From Microthyrium microscopicum (taxonomy: Eukaryota), in NCBI GenBank assembly GCA_010405405.1, contig MU004234.1, positions 2,391,697 through 2,455,696 of the forward strand: 64,000 nt of DNA. Direction: 5' to 3'. Every line of letters starts with the position of its first letter. The stretch's first letter is position 1. Of the stretch, positions 42,819-54,981 are shown in pieces. Under the pieces are notes generated by a model. The model had not been told where the DNA came from. It made no database searches and saw nothing but the letters and a program-made list of their open reading frames with translations. The position numbers and the translations under genes are program-made.

Positions 42819-43146
42819 ATGGAGCTCTTATGAAACATGGATTGACGCTATAGAAGCGTCTGGTCGAGAAACCTGTGCAGGATCAGGAAGACGAAATAGA
42901 CTTTGGAAGAAAGCCAATAAGTATCTGTTCGGCGTTGGATTCGGGCAATCGTCAAATGGATCGAGCTTAATACCTTTAGGTTCCATGACCTACGATAGAA
43001 GTAGGCATAGAACCATGCCAATCCGTTCTTGACTAGGGATTTGTTGATGCATGGGCGTTGTATGCGATAGACTTTTTTTATTCTAGGTTCAAAGACAAAA
43101 AGTCCAAATATAGCATATTGTTTTTTTTTGTTATGAAGATTATTCC

Positions 43147-44999
43147 CTATCTTATTGCTAGTGTTTGTTTCTCATCGGTATCGTCAGTCCACGCCAAAGC
43201 CGCTTTTGTACACTCCTGCCCAGGGCCGTCATGCACTAAATCCATCCAGATGAAACTCTTCAGCATTGTCCGAATTTCTTTCCATTCGCTTTTCTTTACG
43301 CTGCGTAGGAGGGCTGAGAGTCGCGACATTATCCACTCATCATCGCTGTCATCTACGGCTGTTATCCGCGCGATCACTAACATCCATATGCGCATCTCCT
43401 TCTCCTCGTCTATAGCACTTTCGTCCAGTGCACAGATATCCCTGCGTTGATGGGCCGATAGTGTGGCGAATCGCATGCCTATTGCGCCTGTTTGCAGAAA
43501 TACGTTCGCTGCGGTTGCTGTTAGACTTGTGTGTAGAGCGCGCACGATCGGAGTTTGATCGCATGCGCTGGCATTCGGTTGATTTGTGCTTGCAGTGGTC
43601 CTGGGTAACAGAAGCAGCCGATACATGCTACTAATCAATATCTCTTGAAATAGCAACGGATTTATCTTCGTGCCTGTCTGCAACGCTATATTGGCTAGGC
43701 GCGCAAAGGCCACGAGATCAGCATATATTGCCGCCAATTCTGGATTCTGCGCGAGAACGGTGGTGATTGGTGTGTTTGGGGGCGCGAGGTATGATACCCA
43801 GGAAATGCTTGTTGCGGAGAGGAGGGTGGGTGTCTTGTTGATTGCGAGGGCGATCATTAGGTCTGCGCTAGAGGAGTGTTAGTTGTTTGGTGGGTATGAG
43901 GGAGTTGGGTGGGAGACTTACCGGCTGGCTTTCATCTGGAGTTGGATGTTTGATTGAAGTGCTCGTAGACTGGACTTTGTTAGTACAAGATTTCCGCTAC
44001 GTTCATCGTGTTCGATGAGCTCTATAGCACTTGATCAGGAACGCGTGTTATGGTAGCCATCGAACGACATGTCTTTGGCTTCATGGGATGTCGTCAAGAA
44101 ATGTAATTTTGCAGGAGTGAATCTTACCCGCCACGTAAAGTGATGAGGTGGTGGAGACCTATCATGTGTTTCTCTGCTTGCTCGATATTTCCTAAGGATT
44201 GATTAGTCTTTTCGGTGAATACCGTTCTGTGGAAAAAGGTCTCACCAAGCAAGGCAAGACTCATAATGAGATTTACGACAACACTGATTGTGGTATCACG
44301 TGTAGCGACATCACTGGAGGCTGCGATCAAGATTTGAAGCTCAGTGAGTGTCTTGCTCATATGGAATAGGCAGGCTTCAGATGTGGGTTGCTGGCGTTGC
44401 AAGTTGAAGTAAGCCTCTGTTGACCATAACACTGAGTGGGTATATGTAGTGTCATAGCGCAGGTAATCGAACCACACGGTAGAGGTGGAAGTTGCGTCAA
44501 CACATACTTCCAGTGGGTACAGAGCATGTTTTAGGATGGTGAAGACTGGAATGGAGTCAGCGAGGTCAAACCATATCAGCTATGTGAAAGGGGTTCAAAA
44601 CAAGATGCTCATTACGGCTAAGGCTGAGTTAGCTTACAATTGAATATCAGTTCTAGCGAGTATGGCTGCATTTCCTGCGCGAAGACACAAAGAGATAATC
44701 CAGAGCCCCCAAATTCGCGCCTCGGACTGGGAATCGCGAGCTCCTGCTGCCCACTGGTAGAGGTAATATCATTAGAGCTTCCATTGATCCAGGAACCAGG
44801 GATAATCTTTACTCCCTTGGGTTTGCGACGATTCTTTCCGCGCATGACATGGCTTCGTATCTCCCGGCGCGAGACCTTGTCTGGCCCCGTTGTGTTGACT
44901 AGTATAAATCTGTGGGCTGAAGATAGGTTGGCATGTGTCACTGACCATTATCTACGCATTGATAGGCTCACCATCTGTTCTAACTACAAGGTCCTTCAT
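43147..44999 (-). CDS. Fungal transcription-factor-like protein (IRSHVM-type N-terminus, no Zn2Cys6 cluster seen), about 6-7 exons
   Basis: Probable start MKDLVVRTD/AHRFILVNTTGPDKVSRREIRSHVMRGKNRRK, followed by AEKHMIGLHHLITLRGG/LRAL...KASR/ADLMIAL and MLKSFIWMDLVHDGPG. The splice phases checked are consistent. Confidence 0.72.
43970..44127 (-). mobile_element. Introner-like element (spliceosomal intron), copy A
   Basis: 158-nt phase-2 intron GTAAGA...ACTAACAAAGTCCAG, homologous along its length to the intron at 49453-49677, with a central hairpin. Confidence 0.75.
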
Positions 45000-45690
45000 T
45001 GTATCAGTCTAGCCAGCTAAAACCGAGGTCTTGGTAAGCAGAATACCGGAATCCAGTCCAGGTCAATTTGGTAGAATGTTGAGGCTCGCGAGCAGAAGGG
45101 ATGAATTCATCCCGAGTAACGAGTTATCAAGTAGCATAAAGTGCCAAGAGGCGAACAAGGACTCAATCCGGCGTAGTCTAGCCATCTGAGTTTACAGATC
45201 ACTTCGCATGTGGGCATTGATGATGAGCATCTCATCCGCTGGAGTTCGAGATGATTAACGGGCTAAGACAGAATAGGAATTCAATCAGATCTTGGCTTAA
45301 ATCTCAGCCAATCAGATGCAGGCATCTGTGGATACGCAAGGCTGAAGAGTAGAGTAGGGCGCCATCTTCGACATTTAGCGCAGGGATATTGTTTAAGTCC
45401 GCACCTTTGCGCTCGAATTCACAATCGGGCGAATGCTAGAATTATGCCGCGTTACGGGGTACGGAAGAACAATGGAATTATGGGCCCAATTATTCAAAAG
45501 GTTGATTCCACTTGAAAAGAGAGGTATTCCTTTCCTCACGAAAACACAATACCTTCATCTTCTTTACGATAATTCCATTTCAGCATCCCAGTTATTGAGC
45601 AATAAACAATAGTCAGGGGCAAACAGGCACTCCACAAAAGTTCTAAAGATTTGAAGTTGGCATCACGAAATAAGCAGAAGCACCTCCAGC

Positions 45691-46780
45691 ATGTCGACTG
45701 TGAAATCTGCTGATATGGCTCCCAACGAGCGAGGCAGCCTTTCTATCTTCATACACTCCCAATTCTTCGGCAAACACCGTCCCCCTCCAGACTCAACAGA
45801 CCTATCTTCAAAAACTGCTGTCGTTTCCGGAGCAAATGTCGGCTTGGGCTTCGAGTGTTGTCGCCAACTTCTGCACTTCAAGCTTTCGCACCTAGTTCTC
45901 GCAGTCCGATCCATTCAGCGTGGTGAAGAAGCCGCCGCAAAGCTCAAGACAGAGTACCCCAAGGCCGTGATCGAAGTCATGCAGCTTGACATGCTATCCT
46001 ACGACTCGATCCAGGCATTTGTGCAGAACATATCCAAGCTCCCCAGAATCGATATCGCCATCCTCAATGCGGGCATGGTTGCGCCTGAATTCGTCATCAA
46101 CGAAGCGACAGGACATGAGCGTGTAATTCAAACGAATTACCTATCAACTATGCTTCTTTCCATCTTGCTCCTACCAGTCCTCAAATCGAATTCATCAACA
46201 GGCATACCAGGTCGTTTGACTATTGTTGGTTCCGGAGTGTCGTACTTTGCGAAGATGCCGAATCAAAACGAGAACCCATTGCTGGCATCATTCGATGATA
46301 CAAAGATAATGGCGTGGGATCCAAACGAGCGTTATTTCTCGTCAAAGGTGATGGTATCCATGGGCCTCACCAAGATTGTCGAATATGTCAATCCCGACGA
46401 CGTTATTGTAAACGTTGTCGATCCGGGATATTGCAAAGGATCGGATTTGCATCGCGATGTGCATGGAATCCTCAGTGCCATTATAGGCTTTTCCAAGACC
46501 CTTACTGCTCGAACGGCCGTGGTGGGAGCGTCGACATATCTGGATGCTGCCGTTGTTAGAGGAAAGGATTCTCATGGCTGCTTCCTTATGGATTGGGACG
46601 TAAAACCGTAAGTCTTACATCTTGGCGGGCGTTTGACTTGTAACTAATTATTTTCCAAGATTTCCAAAGCTGATGCATGGTGAGCAAGGAAGAAAGATTG
46701 CGGACAAGTTGTGGGCGGAGACCATGAAAGAGTTCGAGTTTGCCAACGCCAAAGGAATTCTTGAAGGACTCAAGGCATGA
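45691..46780 (+). CDS. Short-chain dehydrogenase/reductase (retinol dehydrogenase/WWOX-like), 2 exons
   Basis: VSGANVGLG, ILNAG, TNYLST, YFSSK and VDPGYC. Intron at about 46608-46659; TGA at 46778-46780. Confidence 0.9.
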
Positions 46781-46943
46781 GTGTGCACTGTGTTAGTCGG
46801 CTTCTGTATAGCTTTGGTTTATTTCTTGTGTCGTTTTGGGGCGTTCTGAGAAGGATGTAGGTTGGTTTCGAATCAGTTAATGTATATGCCAGGCCTTGAA
46901 ATCTTAGCACAATCCAATATTTGACATAAACAATGCGATACTA

Positions 46944-48267
46944 TCACATTTTTGATAGTTTGAAGAGCCAGAGTGGATTGATCTCCTTGGTCCAGAATCT
47001 AGTGTCTTTGGAATCTTCAGTCAAGTCGTGCTGCCATAACTCAAGCTGTCTGTTCAGCCATGGAGTCATGGCCTTCGCAGTCTCTTTGGGCTTTTCCAAC
47101 GGCATAGGATGTCCGGAGTCTAGATAGATGGTTAGTGCTATTCAAGATAGGTCATGAAGTTCTCCTCGCAGGCACATGGCGTACCTTTTACCCACGCCCC
47201 TTCCACCATACCTGCTGCCGGCCCTCCGCTGCCGCCTCTCCCCGTTCCTGTTCGCTCAATGAGCCACTTCTGATATCCAACATGATCAGGGATTGTGGAG
47301 TTTTCAGCAAAAACGTAGAGAACCGATGGTCGAACGTTTCCCAGCCTATGCTGTATAATGTCGGGCTCCGTTCTATAAAATCCAGGTAGGATATGCGCCG
47401 CGCCCTCCCCTTCGTCATCTGGATCCTTAGCACATGGCCGTTTGTCATCAGTGGATGGTATAATCCGCATCATCGACGTGACTTCCATCATCTTTGGCGT
47501 CGTCAGTGTCACAGGAGTCTGGCCAGATACCACTGCTGATGACGAGCTTGAAACGTCGCGCAAGTCATGCTTCATAACCTTCTCAAACACTGCTGGGTCA
47601 AAAGCGGCATAGTAAGGATTCTTCAATAGGGCCTTCCGCGCTTCTTCTCGCGAAATCCATGTATCTCGTCTCCTGGCCATAGCGCGCGTTGTAATTCCGG
47701 CGAAACTGAATGCGTCTGAGCTACCACCTACTAACATTGGCTCCAGTGCAACAAGCGCAGTGAATAGTCGAGGATGTATCAATGCCGCTTGAACTATCGG
47801 ATACCCTCCATACGACTGGCCGATAGCAACCAAAGGCGGCGGCATTTCGTCTTGAAAGCTATTGACCATGTGTAGAATATCACGCGCTGCATCGTCCCAG
47901 TGAGGCTCATCGCCAACAATTTCCTCATTAATAACATACGATTGACCTTGATATAAGTGAGCAACCAAAATGACGTAGTTTCCTCAAAGATCTTACCATG
48001 CCAGGCTAAGTCGGCGGCCCATATGGAGCGAATAGGAAGACCAGTCTTCAGTAATCCCGCGAAGAACGGCTCGTAGGATTCCTTGGTCGATCCGACGCCG
48101 TGAACGAATATCACTGTCCACCCGACATCTGGTATTTTGTTAGGGGTATACTGATTGACAGAAAGTCGTAGTCTGTGCTTGGTCTCGTCTCGAACTCCAC
48201 GCCTGTATCCTCTCATATGAGAGGCTGGAATGACATGAGTCCTCAGTGTCCATATTTTAGATTCCAT
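46944..48267 (-). CDS. Alpha/beta hydrolase (Lpx1-like) with PTS1-like C-terminus SKM, 3 exons
   Basis: FVHGVGSTKESYEP, IWAADLAWH/GQS, WDDAARD, GQSYGG, RRRDTWISREEA and GHPMPLEKP; ends LFKLSKM*. Confidence 0.85.
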
Positions 48268-49016
48268 GGTAGTTTGGTGTTCAGAATTGGCTCAGTTGAT
48301 TGAGCAGAGGCCAAAACTATGGCCGCGTTAAGTTTCAATTCGACCTTTTTGAAGGAACTTGATCAGTTGCCCGTGTACGACCAGCGACGTGATTAGGAAT
48401 ACGAAATCAGACTGTTTCTGGCAGAGCAAGGGTTTGAGAGATGATCCCGAGCTCATAAACGGGACGCCCCTAATCATTCATGGTAAAATATCAGAAAAGT
48501 ACGAGTAAGCACTAAGCCACTCTCCGCACAAATGCAAAAGAGGTGGCGGAGAGAGCAGAAGGGACCGAGGTTGAACTTGAAGCTCATTGAGTCGATATCT
48601 CCTGAACTCCTCATGTCGCTAAGTTCGATTACAAGAGCAACTTCATCCAAGTTCACTTTGCAGTTACTGTGAATTATTATACAATCTGATTTCATTGAAT
48701 TCCAGTCTATCTCTAAGCTAAGCACTTCCTGTCGTCAAAAGGAATCAATTTGTGATGAATCCCAGTGACTCGCAACCAAATCCCACAAAGACCGTTAATT
48801 TTTTGGATAAGAATAAAGCAAAAATGAGCTGGGAATAGTGCAAGGTAAAGGCATCCCAGTGCCGTCCGTAATAGAAGGCAGAATTCGACAGTGACCATAA
48901 AGTTGTAGGAAAGTCAGAGAAACAAAGTCGACAGCCATCCGGAGAGAGAACTAGCAAAAGCCTCTTAAAAAAGCCAAGAACTGAACTCACTAGCCTGAGG
49001 ATGCGCAGGATAAGTC

Positions 49017-50816
49017 TTAATCCACGTCGTTCTCGTGGCGAGCAGAGCGCCGTAGCGATGAAAGCTGCATACGCTGTTCCGCCGTGAAAACGCCTTCCAG
49101 CTTGAGTCCTTGAGGTCGAGTAACTCGCTTGATCGGCAGAAACACATTGACAATGCGCTGGTCCTCTTCAGGTGTACGCTCAGTGGGCGGAGTGTTGTCG
49201 TCGACTAGTCTAATAGTGACTACTTGCATCATATGTTCGTGGTGATCTAGGATATTGGCAAAAGCCGCTATCAATGGTTTCCACAGATGGTTTCGATGCC
49301 CATAGCCAAGGTGATATTCGAACACGATACCCTTCAGATGAGTGACATGAGTATCCATCATGAATGGAGATAAAGTGCGCCATGGGGCACCAGCAGACTC
49401 GGAAAATGGATTGGCAGGTGTGATTTTATCGAGGAGCATAGCAGGGAGAAACCTGGAATTTGTTAGTTCAAGGCGACATTCAATGCAAGTGCGCTCTGAA
49501 AAGACCAAATATCATTTTCGGGACGAAACCGTAGAACACCAATCGCATCCGGTGGCTACCACAGCACTCAACTAGGAACGCACTGTGTGGTAGCCATCGG
49601 TTGCGATGAAAGAAACAGCGGTTTTTTACTTCAAGAGATGTTGTCAAGATATGTGATTAGGCGAGGGCAAAACTTACGGTTTGTTGATAACCATTGGTGA
49701 CTTGGGTATTTCGCGAATCTGTTGGCTCATCCATCTGCTCACCGTCAACACGCCTGGAGTCGACATATCCCGTTGTCGAACTTCCTGATACGGTTTCAAG
49801 AATTTATGCAGCAGTGAATGATCCGCCCCGGAGTTGTTGTGAAGATTTGCAAGGCTTGCCAGCTCTGCAGGAGTCGCAAGATTCCAGATGGTATTATCCA
49901 ATTCAATTTGCATTTCGAATGGATTTTTTCGATAGCTGGCGTACTCCATAATTTTGCGCAAGATTTGGCCCTTCACTCTATGTTCTTTGGGTCCACTGAA
50001 TACCTGCGCGAGCTCTTGAAGAGAAAACCCCTTTCGGCCTTTCATGCCCTCAATTATCTCAGCCTTCTCGGTGATTGTGTCGAAGAGACCACCAATTTCA
50101 ACAGATTGAATTCCTCGTAGACTTTTCAGCGCCAACAGTGCTTGACGAATCTGCGAATACACATAGCAACCGAATGGGCCTGGTGAAGACACAGCAGGGC
50201 AGGAGTTCAGGTGTAGCTCGTGATAGTCGGACGAGACGGTGAGCTTGAATTTCTTGAGCTTGTGTTCATGCTCAGTCCAAACTTTGACGAGCTGGGTTAA
50301 TAATGTGATTAGCCGATCGTATTGATCTTCGGACTCATTGCGTGCAATAGAGTAATGGTCTGGGGTGACCCAAACAAAATGAAGTTCAACTTCTGGTAGA
50401 TTGGCCAGTAGATCTGAGGACATGCCGTTCTTCTCTAGCTTCCAGCCCTTGGGAGGAAGTTGTTCCATAATCAATGGTACACGCTTTAGGATTTCCTTTG
50501 CCTCGCCCGAGACTTGCTTGTTGAGAAGTAGCAGTGGGTGAGCGCGGAGCTTGCCCTTTCCATGCGGCTTGCACAATGAATTGAAATCCAAAGCCTCATG
50601 GTATATCATGTTGCGCAACTCTCCGGGCAGATACATGAATGGAAAAGTTGCCAGTTTCTGCTTGATCTGGGCTCGAGTTTTTACGGTCGACAGCACGATA
50701 TTGAAGGTGGATTGTCGCTTCTTTGCAGACTGCGTGCCATTGGCAGATGCGGAGAGCCGCTTTTTGACAGACGGCGTGCTATTGGCAGAGATGGAAGTTC
50801 GCTTCTTGGGAGCCAT
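49017..50816 (-). CDS. F-box-like protein of unknown function, 2 exons
   Basis: Basic N-terminus, F-box-like FPFMYLPGELRNMIYHEAL and LLLLNKQVSGEA. The intron 49453-49677 joins the 380-aa and downstream ORFs in frame (VINKP/FLPAM). Confidence 0.75.
49453..49677 (-). mobile_element. Introner-like element (spliceosomal intron), copy B
   Basis: 225-nt phase-2 intron GTAAGT...ACTAACAAATTCCAG with a 22-nt inverted repeat (49542-49563 / 49586-49607, 20/22 complementary), homologous to copy A. Confidence 0.75.
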
Positions 50817-53800
50817 AGTAGCTGATTGGGTTGATTAGAGCTGAACGGGTTGGTAATGATGGTTGGGTTGCCGAAAAATTGTTGGATAGGAAGAGAACGG
50901 AGTTTTTGTGGGTTGGTGAAGAATGAAGTGTTGGATGTGTTGGATGTGTCGGATGTGTTGGAAGAAGCGATGGAGAATTGGAGAGAAGGAGATGTGATTT
51001 TGTAGTTAATCGGGGCAAGTGATGAAGCAGTGACGCTGCAGTAGAAGCCTGAAAGAAGCAGGAGCCTATGAGGCTACTAAGTCACCACAATGGCCTAAAT
51101 AGGTAGGTGCGATGAAGTTATGAGGTGGTGCAGGTATTGACGTGTTGGACCTGATCGCTCGAGTGACTCTTGAATGTAGCCTCAAATCAGGTGGGCCAAG
51201 ACCGCGATAGGTACCAATCCAGGGGCCAATCGAAATGTTGATGGCACAAGAATTTTTTGGGAGGTAAGGTAGTGCGAGGAAATAGGATTTGTGTAGAGAT
51301 GAATGCGAGTTGAGATGGAATCAAGCTTCAGCGTGCCACTTGATCGAGATAACCTGGACCTCCGACGCTGCTCAGTTTATATCGCTCAGATATCCGTGTG
51401 GTATTTCAACTATCCAGCTTATCAGCAACGATGGTCTCTCCAAATGAGGGCTCTTTACTTGCCTGGGGTCTTGATAGGTTCTAGATAACTTCTTACCGGA
51501 GAATGACCTTCAATGGAGGAAATTTGGTTACTAGATTCTTGCGATGATGCTGAGCTCCGATAGCCAACTGGATGTGAATTGGAGTATGTTGAAGAGTGCT
51601 GCGGTAAATGTTAGACAGAGCAATGGAACTGTTAAATATCCGCCTAAACAGCAAGATGTGACATACCGGTGCCTGTGAGACCAAGTCAGCGTGATCGATA
51701 TAAATCAGCCTTTTAGTTTCTTCAAATGTTTACTGCAGCCTATATCCAGGCAAGCTTATAAAATGTGACGACACAATATGATGGTATCGTCTGATGAGAT
51801 CCAATGATCAACTCATGAGATATTGATGAGACTCCAATTGTCTATCATATGAGGGATTACTGAAAGTGACTTCTTGAAGGGGACTACATCCGTTATGTTA
51901 AGCCAGGCTTGATTATGGATATTGCGCTTTGAATTATGATGGCCTGAAGGAATAAAATTCAAATCCTATTGATGAGTGGTGGAACGGCAAGTAGGTAGGT
52001 TTGAAAAGTGGGACTATAACGACTCAGCGATTAATTGACTGACCTAGCAGAACAATAGTGAGGCTGTGAGGCCATATGTCAAGTGCTTCTGGCGCTCAAA
52101 ACTCGGATTGCACACTGCAGGCGTTATGGATGAAGTCTACCTTCTTCAACTCAACAACCCTGATAAAATGAACTTTTTAGCATTATATCTGTCGCGCACC
52201 GGGCGATTGTTACAATTCCTATGATGAGCATGAAGTGGGTAGAAGATAAGTTGAGCTTGGGCTATCAGGCTGAAGGATGAATGACTGCGGAATTTCTCTG
52301 CGAGCCGGTTCATATCAGATATGAAGCTACGAAGTATATTGAGCCATGATGCGTAGCTCGAGTAAGATGAAAATGATCCAACAACAACGAAGTCGGGTTG
52401 ATGTAAGGCGTAACATTGACGGATATCAATTTCACATCGCCGTATTCAGATTCCCCACTTCCAGGTCTCGACAAGCTCTAGCTCAGCCTGATTGTACCAC
52501 CTTCTTTCTTTGCAAGACCCGTCATTTCTCTACTGATCCATCAGTAATCGTAATCCAATACAGCTTTCAGTAAGTTGGTGAGATTAAAACTGGCAGATTG
52601 ATACTGAACTGCTCGCGGCTTTCGATTTTGAAGTAGCACTGTAGCACCTGTACTTCTACCGCTGCTAAGTATTGCGACCGGCAGGCAATACGATTCATAA
52701 TGCCTTCACTTGACTTGAACAATGCTGCAGTCAAGTGCCCAAATAACGAGATCACAGAAGACAAATACCTGAGTGCTATCCTAGATCACTGCACTGGCCT
52801 TCATCAGGGCATCAATCAAGTATGCAATGAAGATACGACAAAGCCAGGAGTAGTCGACGTTGGTCTAGGTCAGAAGTCGCAAACAATGATTTCGCTCATG
52901 AGATGGCTTATTGGATTCATATGAACAGAGATGAGACACCAGCACAAGGCATAATACGCTTTTTCTCTGCAGTGATATAATAGCACTAACAATCCACAAG
53001 ACACTATTGCGATATTCGCAACACTTTCAGGCCTATGGATGCAATGACATCCGGAGATTCAAAAGCAGCATGCAGAAAATTGACAAAGGCTACTCAAGAA
53101 ATGCATTTCGTCAAGCTCTAGTGCTAGACTTGCAGTCGATGCTCTGTGTTATCGAAATGCAGATATGCTAGAAGCTATACTTGAGGTGTATGGGACTGGT
53201 AGACACTTCGGGGAGCTCGATTTTACGTTCGATGCCATCAAGCATGAGGGTGGTGATGCAAGGATTGTTCAGACTATCGAGGATGAGGGATCAGTGAGCA
53301 TCGTGCTAAAGGTAAAGAGGTTCAAAGATCTACATCCGCTTGTCGTTATAATGTGATGATTATATCTCGCTATTGTAGTTTATGGGGGCCGACGTGGTCA
53401 TGTTGCTCAACACTTGGTCGCACAAAGCGTACAAATCGAAATCGGCACGACAACGATAGATCCCTCGTTAATCGTGTCCGTGTTCTAGGTTCTATCTTCT
53501 TAATGAGGATTGCTGCTGAGATATTCCTAATCCAGCGTATGTTGAGGACAGGATAACCAGTTGGACTCTAAAGACAGACATATACAAGAGGGGCTGAAAA
53601 GACTAGCCACGATTCTAGTCGCTGGGAGTGCAAAAAGCATAAGGAGCGTTTGTTCAGTGTTTCGGAGCTTGACGTCGTGAACGGTTGCGCTGTAAGGTTT
53701 TCGCGGTATGGGGCTGTACCCTTTTATATAGAGTTGTTTTCGGGGTTGAAATTATGGAAGAACATCCACCGTGAAAAGTAACGAATTCATTTTTTTTGAA

Positions 53801-54981
53801 GCTTTTCATCGATTTCACCATATATCACGGCATCGATGAACTTTTGACCTTGAAAGAAATCGAGAAGGAACACCTTCGTGTTGGTGATAAAGTTGTTGGC
53901 GGTGGCACACTGGCACAGGAGCATTATTTCTCAACGGCCCCCAAAATATGACGCCTCAAGGGAGCTTACCGGACATGTCATAATTCAAGCGAATCAAAAG
54001 ACCTGGCTAACCTAAATTGACCAGTTTTTAGGCAGTGGCTGCTTGAGGCTGACCTCTTCCGTTACCGAACAAATCTTGAACCTTGCAACTTGCCTGATGC
54101 TTCGCCAAATGCTGACTGTAAAATTGTGGGCTCTAATGCTTGCACCACCACAGTGTTTACAGGCCCACAAAATCTTACAGTACTCCGTACAAGCATATCG
54201 TTCGACAACATTTGGGGTAACGATTGTGCCAAATAGCAGCCGCATGAGCTAGGAATTAGCCAATATCCAACGACAGTTCGATCGTGGACTTGTTGATGTC
54301 TTGTGCTTTTGAAAGCCTCAATCTGAGTTGTCCATTCAACTTGATCCAGAGTGGTGGCCAGAATCGTCTCACTTGCATAAGCCTCCATGAACCTGGCCCC
54401 CAAGGTTCATTATTGATGATCTCGCGCTGCTTCATGCGGGCAAGGCGGGCGCTTCATGGCTCTGTGCTCCTGTGGACGCAAATGTCCCAACATGCATCCC
54501 AGCTGTCCTAGGCCAAGACGTTTTCTACCTTCCAAGCACAACAGCTCGTCTTGGGATCAGGCCATGTCCGAATACCTTTACCGTTTGACGTGTTCAACAT
54601 CTTCGGAGTTTATGTGACCGAAATCATTTCAGTTGCTCAAAGTTGTTGAACGGCAGATAGTTGGCCAGTCTTTACCAGTTACGTCTGGGCTTTCATTTTT
54701 TCTTCACAGCTGAGTGGCGCTGTGATTCATTATTCGCTACTTGGTCGCTACACCCATTCTACACTTTCTTCCCTCTAATCTCTTCAAAGACGCGTCCGCA
54801 GCCACTGTTCTACTTGTTCATTATTGGCCTATTCCCCCGCCTCTTCAGCTGAATACACAGACCTTGCGTGGACCAGACTCACCAGAGCCCCCCTTGGCGA
54901 TCTCTAAGGCTCGTCTATTGATAACTTCCTACCTTCCTACTAAACCCAAGATTGTCAACAATCCTCGAAGACCAGTACATT

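Noticed and set aside
49453..49677. Stwintron (nested intron) or micro-exon reading of the long intron
   Set aside because: A single GT-AG excision already restores the frame, and removing the possible internal intron does not regenerate a donor.
50928..50962. 9-bp microsatellite GTGTTGGAT x~4
   Set aside because: An ordinary short 5'UTR repeat with no further structure.
52567..53400. Fragments faintly resembling ankyrin-like helices
   Set aside because: The similarity is too weak to support without a translated search.
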